Assembly (NCBI GenBank): GCA_965220175.1
Contig: OZ244814.1
Coordinates: forward strand, 1,952,390 to 2,016,389
Direction of reading: 5' to 3'
DNA length: 64,000 bases
Origin: Chloroflexota bacterium
GTDB taxonomy: Bacteria; Chloroflexota; UBA11872; VXOZ01
Part shown: piece by piece, positions 51,656 through 64,000 of the stretch
Layout: the number at the start of each line of letters is the position of its first letter
Position numbering within the stretch: the stretch's first letter is position 1
Position numbers and translations under genes: made by a program
The notes under the pieces: generated by a model
Databases searched by the model: none
What the model saw: the letters and a program-made list of their open reading frames with translations, nothing else
Told to the model about the DNA's origin: nothing

Positions 51656-52225
51656 CTAGCTTGCTAATTGGCTGGCTTCCTGGGCGAGCGGCATGCCCAG
51701 CGCTCTCAGCAGGTAGCGTGATTCTTCATCGGTTTGCGCGGTTGTCACAATGGTTATTTCCAGACCGCGAACGCGGTCGACTTTGTCGTAATCGATCTCC
51801 GGAAAGACGAGCTGCTCGCGCAGCCCCACCGAGTAGTTACCACGACCGTCAAATGCGTTGGGCGACACACCCCGAAAGTCGCGAATACGCGGAAAGACCA
51901 CGTTGAAGAGTTTCTCCAAAAAGTGGTACATGCGGGTTCGCCGCAGGGTCACCTTCGCCCCAATTGCTTGGTTTTCGCGAAGCTTGAAGTTGGCAATACT
52001 CTTCTTGGAGCGCGTCACGATTGGCTTCTGTCCGGTTATGGTGGTCAGATCGCCAACGGCATTATCCAGCGCCCGCGCGTCTTGCAGCGCTTCTCCCAGA
52101 CCGATATTCACCACTACCTTGGTGATCTTCGGCGCCTGCATTACGGAATCGTAGCTAAACTCATTGACAATTGCCGGCAGCACTTCATCTTCGTAAAGCT
52201 GCTGCATGTGCGCTTTTTCCGCCAT
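51656..52225 (-). CDS. rplE: 50S ribosomal protein L5
   Basis: [30 protein letters not shown]. Confidence 0.98.
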   Translation of the reverse strand: MAEKAHMQQLYEDEVLPAIVNEFSYDSVMQAPKITKVVVNIGLGEALQDARALDNAVGDLTTITGQKPIVTRSKKSIANFKLRENQAIGAKVTLRRTRMYHFLEKLFNVVFPRIRDFRGVSPNAFDGRGNYSVGLREQLVFPEIDYDKVDRVRGLEITIVTTAQTDEESRYLLRALGMPLAQEASQLAS

Positions 52226-52234
52226 CGGACGTCC

Positions 52235-52555
52235 TTATTCTTGACCTATGATTTCCTGGCACTGTTTACACACGCGACCCTTGCTGCCATCGTCGAGGAT
52301 GCGAAAACCGATGCGTGTCGCCTGGTCGCAGTGCGGGCACACGACTTTGACATTCGATTCCGACAAGGGCGCGGGCATCTCGATGATGCCTCCCGGTTGC
52401 ATGGGCGGCATCGGCCGCTGGTGACGCTTGACCACGTTGATGCCGTCAACCACCACGGCACGATCCGCTGAGATCACCCGCATAACCTGGCCGCGCTTGC
52501 CGCGGTCCTTGCCCGTGGTAATCTCCACTTGATCGCCGGATTGAATTCGCTGCAT
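52235..52555 (-). CDS. rplX: 50S ribosomal protein L24
   Basis: GDQVEITTGKDRGKRG KOW motif, SNV. Confidence 0.97.
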   Translation of the reverse strand: MQRIQSGDQVEITTGKDRGKRGQVMRVISADRAVVVDGINVVKRHQRPMPPMQPGGIIEMPAPLSESNVKVVCPHCDQATRIGFRILDDGSKGRVCKQCQEIIGQE

Positions 52556-52557
52556 GG

Positions 52558-52926
52558 TTAGAGCACCTCCGGCGCCTGGGAGATTATGCGCATGAAACCC
52601 ATTTCGCGCAACTCCCTGGCAACGGGTCCGAAAATGCGCGTACCTCGGGGCATATTCAGCGGTCCCAGGAGCACAGCCGCATTGTCATCGAAGCGGATGC
52701 TGGAGCCGTCGGCGCGCCGATACTCTTTGGCTGTGCGCACGATGAGCGCGCGCACCACTTCGCCTTCCCGTACCTGGCCGATGGGCACCGCTTCCTTCAC
52801 CGAAGCAACCACAACGCTGCCAATACCGCCATACTTGCGTCGGGACCCTCCCAATACGCGGATACACATGATTTCGCGGGCGCCGCTATTGTCGGCAACG
52901 CGTATACGTGACGTTTCTCGGATCAT
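52558..52926 (-). CDS. rplN: 50S ribosomal protein L14
   Basis: [27 protein letters not shown]. Confidence 0.98.
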   Translation of the reverse strand: MIRETSRIRVADNSGAREIMCIRVLGGSRRKYGGIGSVVVASVKEAVPIGQVREGEVVRALIVRTAKEYRRADGSSIRFDDNAAVLLGPLNMPRGTRIFGPVARELREMGFMRIISQAPEVL

Positions 52927-53237
52927 TCCACAGCCTCTGCGAGTTCTCCCGCTTCCGCAACGTCTGCCTGCTCGCCTTTTTCAAGTACCTCGAGCACGCG
53001 CCAATGCTTGCGCTTGGAAAGGGGTCGTGTTTCCTCGATGAGCACGCGATCACCCGTATGGACGTCGTTTTTCGGACTGTGCGCAAGGTAATTCTTGGCG
53101 CTCCGCACGGTCTTCTTGTACAGCGGATGGCGGCGCACACGCGTTACGGAGACGACGACGGTTTTATCCATCTTGTCGCTAACGACAACGCCTTTACGCT
53201 GCTTTCGACGGCCGGTTGATTTTGTCGCTTCACTCAT
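52923..53237 (-). CDS. rpsQ: 30S ribosomal protein S17
   Basis: [29 protein letters not shown]. Confidence 0.98.
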   Translation of the reverse strand: MSEATKSTGRRKQRKGVVVSDKMDKTVVVSVTRVRRHPLYKKTVRSAKNYLAHSPKNDVHTGDRVLIEETRPLSKRKHWRVLEVLEKGEQADVAEAGELAEAVE

Positions 53238-53258
53238 AGTTTTATTCTTTGCTCTTCT

Positions 53259-53462
53259 TTACCCGGTGATGCCAAGCGCTTTTTCATGCAATATTGTCTT
53301 GATGCGTGCAATTTCGCTAAAGAGGATGCCAAAGCGAGCTGGGTTCTCCATTTGCACCGTTGCCTGCTGTGACCGCAGATTGAATAGTTCAGCTTGCGCT
53401 TCTTCAAGCCGTGCCTGCAGGTCTTCCGTACTCAGTGCGCGCAATTCCGCTGGTTTCGTCAT
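53259..53462 (-). CDS. rpmC: 50S ribosomal protein L29
   Basis: ELFNLR, IARIKTIL; synteny. Confidence 0.96.
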   Translation of the reverse strand: MTKPAELRALSTEDLQARLEEAQAELFNLRSQQATVQMENPARFGILFSEIARIKTILHEKALGITG

Positions 53463-53483
53463 CCAAGGCGTTCCTAACTCTGA

Positions 53484-53906
53484 CTAGATAATCTCCGGTG
53501 TTTCCCGGGAGATGAAGCGTGTCTTTACGGACAGTTTGTGGGCGGCACGAAGCATGGCTTCTTGGGCCACTTCCTCCGGCACGCCGGTCAGCTCAAAGAG
53601 AATTCGGCCGGGCTTGACGATGGCGACCCACTGTTCCGGCGGCCCTTTTCCACCGCCCATTCGCACCTCGACGGGCTTTTTGCTAAGCCCTTTGTCGGGA
53701 AAGATTCGGATCCACATTTGTCCGCCGCGACGGATGTGGTGTGTCACGGCGCGTCGCGCCGCCTCAATCTGCCGATTATCAACCCATCCGCCTTCCAGTG
53801 CCTGCAGGGCAAAGTCGCCAAAGGCGATAGTAGAACCTCGGTGGGCTTTGCCGCGCCGGTGGCCGCGGTGCATTTTGCGGTGTTTTGTGCGTCTAGGCAT
53901 CAACAT
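53484..53906 (-). CDS. rplP: 50S ribosomal protein L16
   Basis: [23 protein letters not shown]. Confidence 0.98.
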   Translation of the reverse strand: MLMPRRTKHRKMHRGHRRGKAHRGSTIAFGDFALQALEGGWVDNRQIEAARRAVTHHIRRGGQMWIRIFPDKGLSKKPVEVRMGGGKGPPEQWVAIVKPGRILFELTGVPEEVAQEAMLRAAHKLSVKTRFISRETPEII

Positions 53907-53914
53907 GGGTTATG

Positions 53915-54766
53915 TTACTCGCTCGCTTCGCCTCTACCGGCTCCGCCGTTATCAGATTCGCCACGCTGTCGCGTGCCTGGCCCCCGGTCTCTGTCCGGAG
54001 AGCGTTCCGACACTCGCCGCGGTCGCCTTCGCCGTCGTCTTGGCGGCGGCGAGGGCGCTTCTTCCGGCGCTGCGGTTTGCTGCCGGGCGTAAAACTCTTC
54101 TGGCGTTACGTCTCCCGTGTATATCCACACCTTCACACCCAGAATGCCGTAAGTTGTGACGGCCTGGGTGAAACCGTAGTCAATGTTGGCGCGAAGCGTT
54201 TGCAAGGGGACGGTGCCCCGGATTTCCTTCTCGCTTCGAGACATTTCGGCGCCGCCCAGGCGGCCGCCAACCATTAGCTTGACGCCAATGGCGCCGGAGC
54301 GTACTACGCGGTCGGCAGCCATCTTGATGGCGCGGCGGGGCGACACCCGGCGCTCCAACTGTTCGGCCACCGCCTGTGCGACGAGGTAGGCATTCGTTTC
54401 AGGCTGTCTAATCTCAATAATGTTCGTGCGGACGTTCTTGCCGGTGAGGTCGCGCAGGTCCTTGCGGAGTTGGGCCTGGGCAGCGCCGCCGCGTCCGATT
54501 ACAATTCCGGGTCGCGCCGTATGTATGTCCACCTTGATTGTCGTGCCGGCACGCTCGATGTCTACCTGGGAGATCCCCGCTCCCATGCCAGAGCGCCTGC
54601 CGCCTGTGGCACCGCCACGTGGCTGCTCGAATTGCGCAAGGACCATCTTGCGAATCCGGCTGTCCTCTTCAACGAGGCTCGCATACTCTTTGCCGGCATA
54701 CCACCGGCTGCTCCACGTTCGGTTGAAGCCCAAGCGAAAACCGACTGGGTGAACTTTACGCCCCAC
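53915..54766 (-). CDS. rpsC: 30S ribosomal protein S3
   Basis: MGRKVHPVGFRLG, ARPGIVIG, PLQTLRANIDY. Confidence 0.98.
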   Translation of the reverse strand: MGRKVHPVGFRLGFNRTWSSRWYAGKEYASLVEEDSRIRKMVLAQFEQPRGGATGGRRSGMGAGISQVDIERAGTTIKVDIHTARPGIVIGRGGAAQAQLRKDLRDLTGKNVRTNIIEIRQPETNAYLVAQAVAEQLERRVSPRRAIKMAADRVVRSGAIGVKLMVGGRLGGAEMSRSEKEIRGTVPLQTLRANIDYGFTQAVTTYGILGVKVWIYTGDVTPEEFYARQQTAAPEEAPSPPPRRRRRRPRRVSERSPDRDRGPGTRQRGESDNGGAGRGEASE

Positions 54767-55109
54767 TACTCAAGTTCTCCTCATTCTCAACGATCACGGT
54801 TACATGGCTTGTTCGCCGTCTGATCAGTCCCCACTGTCCACGAGACTTGGGGTCTATCCGTCGAAATGACGGGCCTTTGTCTACGAGCACGCTTGCTACC
54901 GTTAGTTCAGTTGGATCCAAGTTATAGGTGTTTTCTGCATTTGCCATGGCCGAGCGTACCACCTTTGCCAGCGTACGTGCGGTTGGGCTTGGCAGGAAGC
55001 GTAGAATTGCCAACGCTTCTCCGGCACTCCTGCCAGTCACCGTCGCGGCGACGCGCCGCGCTTTCCGTGGGGACACGCGGAGGTATTTTGCTGTCGCTTG
55101 TATCTGCAT
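54756..55109 (-). CDS. rplV: 50S ribosomal protein L22
   Basis: SPRKARRV, SAMANAE, RTSHVTVIV. Confidence 0.98.
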   Translation of the reverse strand: MQIQATAKYLRVSPRKARRVAATVTGRSAGEALAILRFLPSPTARTLAKVVRSAMANAENTYNLDPTELTVASVLVDKGPSFRRIDPKSRGQWGLIRRRTSHVTVIVENEENLSSGA

Positions 55110-55127
55110 CCGTGTTGTCCTCAGTTG

Positions 55128-55409
55128 TTAGCGTACAGTGGTGGCGCGATCTTCGCGCGAATGACCCCGGAATTGCCGTGTCGGCGCGAATTCGCCCAGC
55201 TTGTGTCCGACCATGTTCTCGGTAACGTAGACCGGCACATGGCGTCTACCGTCATGGACCGCAATGGTGTGTCCAACCATATCCGGGAAAATCGTGGACG
55301 CCCGGGACCATGTGCGCAATACTCTTTTCTGCCCGCTCTCATTCATGGCTTGAATGCGCTTTAGCAGTTTTTCTTCGACAAAGGGTCCCTTTTTCAGCGA
55401 CCGCGACAT
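55128..55409 (-). CDS. rpsS: 30S ribosomal protein S19
   Basis: [26 protein letters not shown]. Confidence 0.98.
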   Translation of the reverse strand: MSRSLKKGPFVEEKLLKRIQAMNESGQKRVLRTWSRASTIFPDMVGHTIAVHDGRRHVPVYVTENMVGHKLGEFAPTRQFRGHSREDRATTVR

Positions 55410-55424
55410 ACCGGAATACTCCTC

Positions 55425-56255
55425 TTAGCGTGCGTTACGCCGCCGCAAAATAAACTTGTCCGATGGTTTGCGCTTGCGCGTGCGCAGACCGAGCGCCGGC
55501 TTTCCCCAGGGAGTCTTCGGCCCTGGCATGCCGATGGGCGCCTTGCCTTCGCCGCCTCCGTGGGGATGGTCCCGCGGCGTCATGGCAGAACCACGTACCG
55601 ATGGTCGCCGTCCCCGCCAGCGAGCGCGCCCCGCTTTGCCGGTGGTAGTGCTCATGTGGTCGACATTGCTTGCCTGACCGATGGTGGCTTTGCACGTCAA
55701 GTGCACGCGCCGAATTTCCCCGGACGGCATCCTGATGACGGCAAACTCACTTTCTTTCGTCATGAGCTGTACAGACGACCCGGCGCTACGCGCCAACTGG
55801 CCGCCGCGCCCGGCCTGAAGCTCCACGTTGTGCACTGCCGTACCCGCCGGAATATTTCCCAACGGCAGGCAGTTACCTGGGCGAATCGGCGCCTCAGGTC
55901 CCGACATCACCGTGTCGCCGACGTTCATTCTGGCCGCAGCCAGGATGTAACGCTTCTCTCCGTCTCGATATGCGATCAGCGCAATTCTCGCGCTGCGATT
56001 CGGGTCGTACTCGATTGCCTTAACGGAGCCCGGAATCCCTATCTTATCACGTTTGAAGTCGATTGTTCTAAAGCGGCGCTTGTGGCCGCCGCCGCGATGC
56101 CGTACGGTGAGTTTGCCGGAAGCGTTGCGGCCGGCATTTTGCTTCTTGCCTTTGGTAAGCCGCCGCTCCGGCTTTGTCTTGGTAACGTCATCGTTGGCTA
56201 CCGTTATCAGGCCGCGTCGTCCGGCGGAGGTGGGCTTATAGGATTTTATTGGCAT
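55425..56255 (-). CDS. rplB: 50S ribosomal protein L2
   Basis: [28 protein letters not shown]. Confidence 0.98.
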   Translation of the reverse strand: MPIKSYKPTSAGRRGLITVANDDVTKTKPERRLTKGKKQNAGRNASGKLTVRHRGGGHKRRFRTIDFKRDKIGIPGSVKAIEYDPNRSARIALIAYRDGEKRYILAAARMNVGDTVMSGPEAPIRPGNCLPLGNIPAGTAVHNVELQAGRGGQLARSAGSSVQLMTKESEFAVIRMPSGEIRRVHLTCKATIGQASNVDHMSTTTGKAGRARWRGRRPSVRGSAMTPRDHPHGGGEGKAPIGMPGPKTPWGKPALGLRTRKRKPSDKFILRRRNAR

Positions 56256-56269
56256 TGGCGCATCCTCCC

Positions 56270-56557
56270 CTAGACGCCGCTAAACAGATCGATGGACTGA
56301 CCTTGCGGCAGCGTCACGATCGCCTTGCGCCATCGCGCCGTTCTATAGCGGTGCCTGCCAAACCGTTTTTCCTTGCCGGGAACATTCACGACATTCACTG
56401 CGAGCACCGTCACGTCAAAGGTCTGTTCCACCGCGCGGCGGACATCGATTTTGGTTGCGTCGAGCGCCACCGCGAAGAGATACTTGTTCTGGTCCGAGAG
56501 CAACGTGCCCTTCTCCGTAATCAGCGGCCGAATGAGCACTTCTTGTGCAGTTTTCAT
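56270..56557 (-). CDS. rplW: 50S ribosomal protein L23
   Basis: [17 protein letters not shown]. Confidence 0.97.
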   Translation of the reverse strand: MKTAQEVLIRPLITEKGTLLSDQNKYLFAVALDATKIDVRRAVEQTFDVTVLAVNVVNVPGKEKRFGRHRYRTARWRKAIVTLPQGQSIDLFSGV

Positions 56558-57180
56558 GAGTGCCCCCAGAGTAGCTCTAGCGCGGCGATGGCTTCCGTGT
56601 CGAAGATGAGAAAGTCGAATACGACCACGTCGCGGACGCTAAGTGTATGCGTGCTGGAAAGTGCAACATCTGGCAAATTGCGGATGGAGAGTTGTAATTC
56701 CGGCGTTGGCGACTCCGTCACGTAGAGGGCGCTGGTCGGCACATCGAGCGCATTCAAGAACGCTACCTGGCCTTTGGTGCTGATTTCCTCGTTGGGAAAT
56801 CCTTCGATAACAAGCACGCGATCGGCCTGTACCTTGGCGGACAACGCCGAGAACATCGCTTTACGCCACATTTTGCGCGGCATAGCCAGATGGTAGTCTC
56901 GGGGATGAGGGCCAAACGTGACGCCGCCGGTGCGCCAGATTGGCGATCGCCGGCTTCCATGCCGTGCCCGCCCCGTGTGTTTCTGGCGCCACGGCTTCCG
57001 TCCGCCGCCACGGACTTCGCTGCGGGTCTTCGTGCTTGCGCTACCGAGACGATGGCCGGCTTCATCGCGGATAACCGCCTGATACACCAGGTCTTGTCGC
57101 GGCTCTATACCGAAGATATGGTCAGGAAGCGTCGCTTCCCCGGCTGGGCTTCCTTGGTTGTCGAGAACCTTTACATCCAC
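56554..57180 (-). CDS. rplD: 50S ribosomal protein L4
   Basis: TKTRSEVRGGGRKPWRQKHTGRARHGS. Confidence 0.98.
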   Translation of the reverse strand: MDVKVLDNQGSPAGEATLPDHIFGIEPRQDLVYQAVIRDEAGHRLGSASTKTRSEVRGGGRKPWRQKHTGRARHGSRRSPIWRTGGVTFGPHPRDYHLAMPRKMWRKAMFSALSAKVQADRVLVIEGFPNEEISTKGQVAFLNALDVPTSALYVTESPTPELQLSIRNLPDVALSSTHTLSVRDVVVFDFLIFDTEAIAALELLWGHS

Positions 57181-57198
57181 TGCACTTCGCTCTCTGAA

Positions 57199-57852
57199 CT
57201 ACGCTGATTCGGGAGACTTCACTGCCGGCCGCACGGTAACGAGAGTGCCCGGCCCCCCTGGGATCGCTCCTTGAATCAACAGGACATTCTGTTCAGTTTC
57301 TACTCTGACTACTCGCAGGTTTTGAACCGTTACCAGATCCTGACCCATTCTGCCGGCCATTCTCTGGCCTTTCCACACCCGACCGGGGGTAGTACCCATG
57401 CCAACGGCACCGGGCGCCCTCCAGCGGTCGGACTGGCCGTGGGTCTTCTGTTGTCCGCTAAAATTATGCCGGCGCATCACTCCCGCGAATCCTTTTCCCT
57501 TGGAGGTGCCGGTCACGTCCACATTCTGACCTTCGGCGAATAAGCCTACGTCGAGTGTCTGGCCCGCTTCATATTCACTGGGGTCTGTGACCCGAAACTC
57601 GTGGAGGTCTCGCGGAATGGCGGCATCGTCACCGAGATGCTTCTCGATGTGGCCGCGCGCCGGGCGTGAAATCCTCTTCAATCTTTCGCCAAACCCGAGC
57701 TGCACAGCATTGTAGCCATCCGCTCCCTCGGCACGCTTAATCTGCACAACGGTGCACGGTCCGGCCTGCACGACGGTAACGGGCACAGCCGCGCCATCGT
57801 CGTCAAAGACCTGTGCCATGCCGATTTTCTTACCGATCAAACCGATTGACAT
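57199..57852 (-). CDS. rplC: 50S ribosomal protein L3
   Basis: GKKIGM, GYNAVQLGF, GTSKGKGFAG. Confidence 0.98.
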   Translation of the reverse strand: MSIGLIGKKIGMAQVFDDDGAAVPVTVVQAGPCTVVQIKRAEGADGYNAVQLGFGERLKRISRPARGHIEKHLGDDAAIPRDLHEFRVTDPSEYEAGQTLDVGLFAEGQNVDVTGTSKGKGFAGVMRRHNFSGQQKTHGQSDRWRAPGAVGMGTTPGRVWKGQRMAGRMGQDLVTVQNLRVVRVETEQNVLLIQGAIPGGPGTLVTVRPAVKSPESA

Positions 57853-57865
57853 GCCGTTGGCATCC

Positions 57866-58177
57866 TCACATGGACTTCATTTCAATGTCTACACCCGCAG
57901 GCAACTCTAAGCGCAGCAACGCATCCATGGTCTTTGCATTTGGCTCAAGCACGTCGATGAGTCGCTTGTGTGTGCGCACCTCAAATTGCTCTCGCGAATC
58001 CTTATCAATGAACGCGGAACGAATGACCGTGAATTTGTTGATCTCCGTTGGCAGTGGGATGGGGCCCGCTATGCGTGCGCCCGTCCCCTGAGCCGCGCTC
58101 ACGATCTGCCCCGCAGACTGATCGAGGACCTTATGGTCGAATGCCTTGAGACGTATGCGGATGGTCTGCTGCGCCAT
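57866..58177 (-). CDS. rpsJ: 30S ribosomal protein S10
   Basis: [31 protein letters not shown]. Confidence 0.98.
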   Translation of the reverse strand: MAQQTIRIRLKAFDHKVLDQSAGQIVSAAQGTGARIAGPIPLPTEINKFTVIRSAFIDKDSREQFEVRTHKRLIDVLEPNAKTMDALLRLELPAGVDIEMKSM

Positions 58178-58180
58178 AAG

Positions 58181-59383
<1,203 letters not shown>

Positions 59384-59422
59384 CCTCTTGCTCTCTCCTT
59401 GCTGTTCCTTCCGAAAAGTGGG

Positions 59423-61495
59423 CTAGTTTCTGCCAGCTTTTGCTATCAATTCTCGTGCGCTGTGAAACACTTCCTGGTAATGCGAGAATTGCATCGAATA
59501 GGTGCCGCGTCCCTGCGTACTGGAACGCAAGTTATTCACATACCCAAACATCGTGGCCAAAGGCACCTTGGCCTGGATCACTTTGGTTCCGAGCCGCGTC
59601 TGAATGTCGTCAATGCTGCCCCGCCGGGCATTCAAGGCGCCCGAGATCTCGCCGAGGAATTCCTCGGGTATCATCACTTCCACCTGCATGATTGGCTCCA
59701 GCGTCACCGGCCGGGCCTTCTCCAGCCCTTCGCGCATGGCGATCACTGCGGCGTTATGGAACGCCAACTCAGACGAATCCACGGGGTGGTACGACCCATC
59801 GAATATAGTAACCTGGACGTCAACTACCGGATAGCCGAGTGGACCGGCAAGCAGGCTATCGCGTATGCCCGACTGCACCGCGGGAATGTACTCTTTCGGG
59901 ATAGTACCGCCGATAATCTTGTTCTCGATTTGAATCCCGGCACCGCTTTCCAACGGTTCAATGCGTAGCCACACGTGCCCGTACTGGCCTCTGCCTCCGG
60001 TCTGGCGAATAAAGCGGCCTTCCTGTTCAAGAGAGCCTTGAATAGTCTCCTTGTAGGCCACTTGCGGAGCCCCAAGCGATGCTTCGACGTTAAACTCCCG
60101 CAACAAACGGTCCGCAATCACTTCCAAGTGCAACTCGCCCATGCCGCCGATGATGGTCTCGCCGGTCTGCGGGTCCTGACCCGCACGGAATGTGGGGTCT
60201 TCCTCAGAAAGACGACGGAGCGCGGTGGACAGTTTGTCTTCATCCAGGCGGCTGTTGGGTTCAATTGCCATGTGCAGGACGGGATCGGGAAAACTGATCG
60301 ACTCGAACGTAATCGGGTGATTGACCTCACAAAGGGTATCACCGGTAAAGGTGTTCTTGAGCCCAACAGCAGCCACGATTTCACCGGCGTAAATGCTCGA
60401 AACCTCTTCTCTCTTGTCCGCATGCATGAACAACAGACGGCCGAGCCGCTCGCGACGGTCGTGGCTGGCATTGAGCATCTGCATGCCCGCGCTCGCGGTG
60501 CCGGAATAGACACGGAGATAGACCAAGCGCCCGCTGAACGGATCAGTTACTACCTTGAAGGCGAGTGCGGCAAAGGGCGCGCTATCGTCCGATGGGCGCG
60601 ACTCCTCCATCCCGGAAATGGGCACCACACCCTCAATCGCCGGTACTTCAGTTGGAGAAGGCAAGAAGTCCACCACGGCATCGAGAAGCGGCTGCACACC
60701 TTTATTGCGGAGCGCGGCGCCGCACAGGACAGGCACCAGCGCGACCCGGCAGGTCGCTCGGTGTAGCGCTGCCTTCAACTCCTCGATGGAGATCTCTTCA
60801 TCGTTAAGGTATTTCAGCAGGAGGTCTTCATCGTGTTCGGCGACGGCCTCAATCAGCTCGTGCCGGCGTTTCTCCGCTTCGTCGCGCAACTCCTCAGGAA
60901 TGGCCGTAATTGTAGGATTCGCGCCGAGTTCGTCCGTAAACGTGACCGCCTGCATCGTAAAGAGGTCGATCATGCCCACAAAGGTGTCTTCCGCGCCGAT
61001 TGGAATCTGAATTGGCACGGGCCGCGCTTGTAAGCGATCGCGAATCTTGTCGATGCAATTCCAAAAGTCGGCACCCACGCGATCCATTTTATTCACGAAG
61101 CAAATGCGGGGCACGCGATACCGATCCGCTTGCCGCCACACGGTCTCCGATTGCGCTTCGACTCCCGAAACGGCGTCAAACACTACCACGCCTCCGTCGA
61201 GGACGCGCAGGGAGCGCTCTACTTCAGCGGTAAAGTCAACGTGCCCGGGTGTATCGATGATGTTGATGCGGTGGTCCCGCCACATAGAAGTGGTGGCCGC
61301 CGCCGTGATCGTAATCCCGCGCTCGCGCTCCTGGACCATGAAGTCCATGGCGGTAGTGCCTTCGTGCACCTCGCCCATGCGGTGAATACGCCCGGAGTAG
61401 AAGAGCACCCGTTCGGTCGTGGTGGTCTTGCCGGCGTCAATATGGGCGATGATGCCGATATTGCGGTAGTTTTCTATGGGGAATTGGCGTTCCAT
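59423..61495 (-). CDS. fusA: Elongation factor G
   Basis: [28 protein letters not shown]; start at MERQFP. Confidence 0.99.
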   Translation of the reverse strand: MERQFPIENYRNIGIIAHIDAGKTTTTERVLFYSGRIHRMGEVHEGTTAMDFMVQERERGITITAAATTSMWRDHRINIIDTPGHVDFTAEVERSLRVLDGGVVVFDAVSGVEAQSETVWRQADRYRVPRICFVNKMDRVGADFWNCIDKIRDRLQARPVPIQIPIGAEDTFVGMIDLFTMQAVTFTDELGANPTITAIPEELRDEAEKRRHELIEAVAEHDEDLLLKYLNDEEISIEELKAALHRATCRVALVPVLCGAALRNKGVQPLLDAVVDFLPSPTEVPAIEGVVPISGMEESRPSDDSAPFAALAFKVVTDPFSGRLVYLRVYSGTASAGMQMLNASHDRRERLGRLLFMHADKREEVSSIYAGEIVAAVGLKNTFTGDTLCEVNHPITFESISFPDPVLHMAIEPNSRLDEDKLSTALRRLSEEDPTFRAGQDPQTGETIIGGMGELHLEVIADRLLREFNVEASLGAPQVAYKETIQGSLEQEGRFIRQTGGRGQYGHVWLRIEPLESGAGIQIENKIIGGTIPKEYIPAVQSGIRDSLLAGPLGYPVVDVQVTIFDGSYHPVDSSELAFHNAAVIAMREGLEKARPVTLEPIMQVEVMIPEEFLGEISGALNARRGSIDDIQTRLGTKVIQAKVPLATMFGYVNNLRSSTQGRGTYSMQFSHYQEVFHSARELIAKAGRN

Positions 61496-61567
61496 GTGCT
61501 GAGTTCTTGTTATTCCGTTTTGACTGCGATAACAATGAGTTGGTTGCTCGTTTGGCAGCTTCTCCAA

Positions 61568-62038
61568 TTACCAACGATAGTGGGAGAATGCCTTATTGGC
61601 CTCTGCCATGCGGTGCGTTTCGTCGCGTCGCCGGATAGACGCGCCCTGACCGTCCGCGGCGTCTATTAGCTCTTCTGCAAGCTTTATCGCCATGCTCGGC
61701 CCCCGACGCTCGCGAGAATAGCGCACTATCCACCGCAGCGCCAAAGAAAGCCGCCGGCCGCTGGGTATCTCCATCGGCACTTGATAGGTGGCGCCGCCGA
61801 CACGGCGTGGTCTCACTTCTACCAGAGGCGTAACGTTGCGCACGGCTTGATCAAACACGTCCAAGCCGGACCGACCCGTGCGCGCTTCTATAATGTCGAA
61901 CGCGCCGTAGACGAATCTCTCCGTCGTGCTCTTCTTGCCGCACTGCATCAGCTTGTTGATGAACTGCTGCAGCGTAACACTGCGAAACTTGGGATCCGGC
62001 GGAATTCTCCGCTTTGTCACTCTTTCTCGCCGTGGCAT
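61568..62038 (-). CDS. rpsG: 30S ribosomal protein S7
   Basis: [30 protein letters not shown]. Confidence 0.98.
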   Translation of the reverse strand: MPRRERVTKRRIPPDPKFRSVTLQQFINKLMQCGKKSTTERFVYGAFDIIEARTGRSGLDVFDQAVRNVTPLVEVRPRRVGGATYQVPMEIPSGRRLSLALRWIVRYSRERRGPSMAIKLAEELIDAADGQGASIRRRDETHRMAEANKAFSHYRW

Positions 62039-62144
62039 TCTCAACTGCCCCTTACACACAACAGCGTTGTCAGCTTCGATGTCGAGGCCAACAACTGCTG
62101 TAAACAAATAATGGTCGTGTATCTCGTGCGACGGGTGTGCGCCT

Positions 62145-62603
62145 CTATGAGGCAACGGCACCCGCAACCGGTCGTGAACGTCTGGTGCCGTACTTGGAAC
62201 GACTCTTGTTCCGGTCCTGCGGGGCGCCCGCGTGCGTGTAAACGCCCTCCGCGTCCAGCGTGCCCCGCACAATATGGTAGCGCACGCCGGGAACGTCCTT
62301 CACGCGGCCGCCGCGGATCAGGACCACCGAGTGCTCCTGCAAATTGTGGCCCTCACCGGGAATGTACGCCGTCACTTCCCTGCCGTTGGTCAACCGCACG
62401 CGCGCCACCTTCCGCAGTGCGGAATTCGGCTTCCTTGGCGTCAGTGTCCGCACGGAAATGCAGACTCCGCGCTTCTGTGGCGAACCATCGGTGCGCACAG
62501 ACCGATTCTTAAGCGCGTTAAAGTTCCAGTGCAGGTCCGGAGACTTGCCCTTAACTGTCTTGGACTTTCGCCCTCGCCGCACAAGCTGATTAGTCGTCGG
62601 CAC
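62145..62603 (-). CDS. rpsL: 30S ribosomal protein S12
   Basis: [32 protein letters not shown]. Confidence 0.98.
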   Translation of the reverse strand: MPTTNQLVRRGRKSKTVKGKSPDLHWNFNALKNRSVRTDGSPQKRGVCISVRTLTPRKPNSALRKVARVRLTNGREVTAYIPGEGHNLQEHSVVLIRGGRVKDVPGVRYHIVRGTLDAEGVYTHAGAPQDRNKSRSKYGTRRSRPVAGAVAS

Positions 62604-62656
62604 GGTTCAAACTCGCTACATTTCAACTTCTAGAGTCACAATACACGCAAAGATAG

Positions 62657-62685
62657 AGTTTATCATTTGCAGATTCCAGTGTCAA
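62657..62685 (-). promoter_or_regulatory. Promoter of the str/S10 ribosomal operon
   Basis: TTGACA-N17-TAAACT with TG extension about 50 nt upstream of rpsL. Confidence 0.75.
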
Positions 62686-63119
62686 CAGATGGGCGGACTT
62701 TCGTTGACTTACGCGAAGCCGAGGCCGACCCATTTGTCTTGGCAGCTTGGGTCCCTCAGGAATGGGCACGCCGGCGAAATCGATAATTGTGGGAGCAAAG
62801 TTGAGGAGCCCCACTACCGTTGAGCACATTGCGGCGTTTCGATGGAGACTGGACATTGTTCCTCGATATGTTTCGGCACGCACAGAAGCGGTCGGATTTT
62901 GCCGCGACGCAAAGAGGCCAATGTTATATGGATGTCATTGCGAGCGGCGCGCTGGGCATCGTATCATTCACACTGTCCATAGGCAATAGAAGCGATAGGG
63001 GCCGCCGTTGAAGCGTCCCATCAGCGACGCTGGGCCTATGCAGAGGTAGCACCGATTGGAATTGGAACGTAGACTGCATAATGGATCTGCATTACCGGAA
63101 AGACTAGGAATCCAGGCAG

Positions 63120-63692
63120 TTGCGAGCGGGGGTACAGGTGGGAGAGTCTTCATTAAGGCTGAACGACATTCGAGAAGACGCGCGCGATAGTGTTTCCCGT
63201 CAAGAATACGGCGCCGCGTCCAAGATTGACGGCGTGCAGATCCTGCCCATCCGGACGTTTGTAGAGGATGGCGGGACGTTCACAGAACTTGGCCGCTTGG
63301 CGGAGGGGATGCTAGTAGGGCTCGACGGGTTTGAGTTGCGCCAGATCAACTGCTCCCTGATGGCGGCGGGCGCCGTCAAGGCGTGGCATCTGCACTTCAA
63401 CCAAGAGGATGTGTGGTTTGTGCCGCCATCGCAATCGCTTCTGGTCGGCCTGTGGGACGTGCGCGAGAACTCCCCGACATCGGGCGGCACGATGCGGTTC
63501 GTTTTGGGGCGAGGGCGCAGTCAGCTCCTGTATATTCCGCGCGGCGTCGCCCATGGCGCCGCCAACTTGGGGTCCGGCGATGCGTTCCTCATCTACTTCG
63601 TAAATCAGCAATTCGACGCCCAGGACCCTGACGAGCGCCGCTTGCCCTACGATGCCTTGGGCAAGGACTTCTGGGAAATCCGTCCGGGATAG
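63120..63692 (+). CDS. dTDP-4-dehydrorhamnose 3,5-epimerase (RmlC)-like cupin
   Basis: IDGV, DGGTFTEL, VKAWHLH, DVRENSPT, IPRGVAHG. Confidence 0.88.
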   Translation: MRAGVQVGESSLRLNDIREDARDSVSRQEYGAASKIDGVQILPIRTFVEDGGTFTELGRLAEGMLVGLDGFELRQINCSLMAAGAVKAWHLHFNQEDVWFVPPSQSLLVGLWDVRENSPTSGGTMRFVLGRGRSQLLYIPRGVAHGAANLGSGDAFLIYFVNQQFDAQDPDERRLPYDALGKDFWEIRPG

Positions 63693-63782
63693 GTTGACGG
63701 CGCGCATTTGCTGTGCCGCGGAGTGGTCAGAGAACGGAGCCCCATTAGACCTGGCGGTTAGGCAGCACGTGCCCAGCGGCGA

Positions 63783-64000
63783 TTAGACCGGGCTTGTCCA
63801 CTGTATGATGGTTGCTCCCCAGGCGAGACCGGCGCCAAACGCGACCATGGCAACCGTGTCCCCCGGTTTGAGGTGGCCTTCTTCAATTGCCTCGCAGAGC
63901 GCCACCGGAATTGAAGCGGCTGATGTGTTGCCATACTTTTCGACGTTTGTGAAGACCTTCTCTAAGGGTACGCCGAGGGTTTGGGCGGCAGAGTGGATAA
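63783..64000 (-). CDS. fabH: 3-oxoacyl-ACP synthase III, 3' end only
   Basis: Hand translation ...[15 protein letters not shown]...[10 protein letters not shown]... Confidence 0.92.
   Translation of the reverse strand, partial: IHSAAQTLGVPLEKVFTNVEKYGNTSAASIPVALCEAIEEGHLKPGDTVAMVAFGAGLAWGATIIQWTSPV

Noticed and set aside
53915-54766. Low-complexity insertions and tails in S3 (also KhpA, S5, Adk, RNase HII)
   Set aside because: Common lineage-specific disordered extensions; no evidence of a distinct function
62690-63119. Long intergenic region upstream of rpsL as a possible ncRNA or riboswitch
   Set aside because: No recognisable aptamer motif or convincing stems; only the promoter is supportable

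Overview
A GC-rich bacterial chromosome segment, probably Chloroflexota; this is inferred from the ribosomal proteins, 16S and Tat/lipoprotein repertoire and was not searched. The left ~26 kb is accessory. It holds a truncated Smr-domain gene, an AT-richer Ser/Thr kinase, a YprB-like nuclease and a complete IS110 element inserted in a REP-like hairpin, with a readable bridge RNA and a circle-junction promoter. It also holds an orphan solute-binding protein, a dienelactone hydrolase, a Xer recombinase, two lipoprotein peptidases, a TIMP-like protein, oxidoreductases, and a cobalt nitrile hydratase followed by a MetE-like gene whose Zn-ligand Cys codon is an in-frame UGA (candidate selenoprotein). 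The middle has a stand-alone, divergent 16S rRNA plus tRNA-Ile and tRNA-Ala with no 23S. The right ~35 kb is housekeeping: the rpsP-khpA-rimM-trmD-rplS-rnhB-yraN run with two apparent pseudoenzymes and sfsA, scpAB, the full str-S10-spc-alpha ribosomal supercluster, an RmlC-like cupin and the 3' end of fabH. All calls come from motif recognition by eye; no searches were run.
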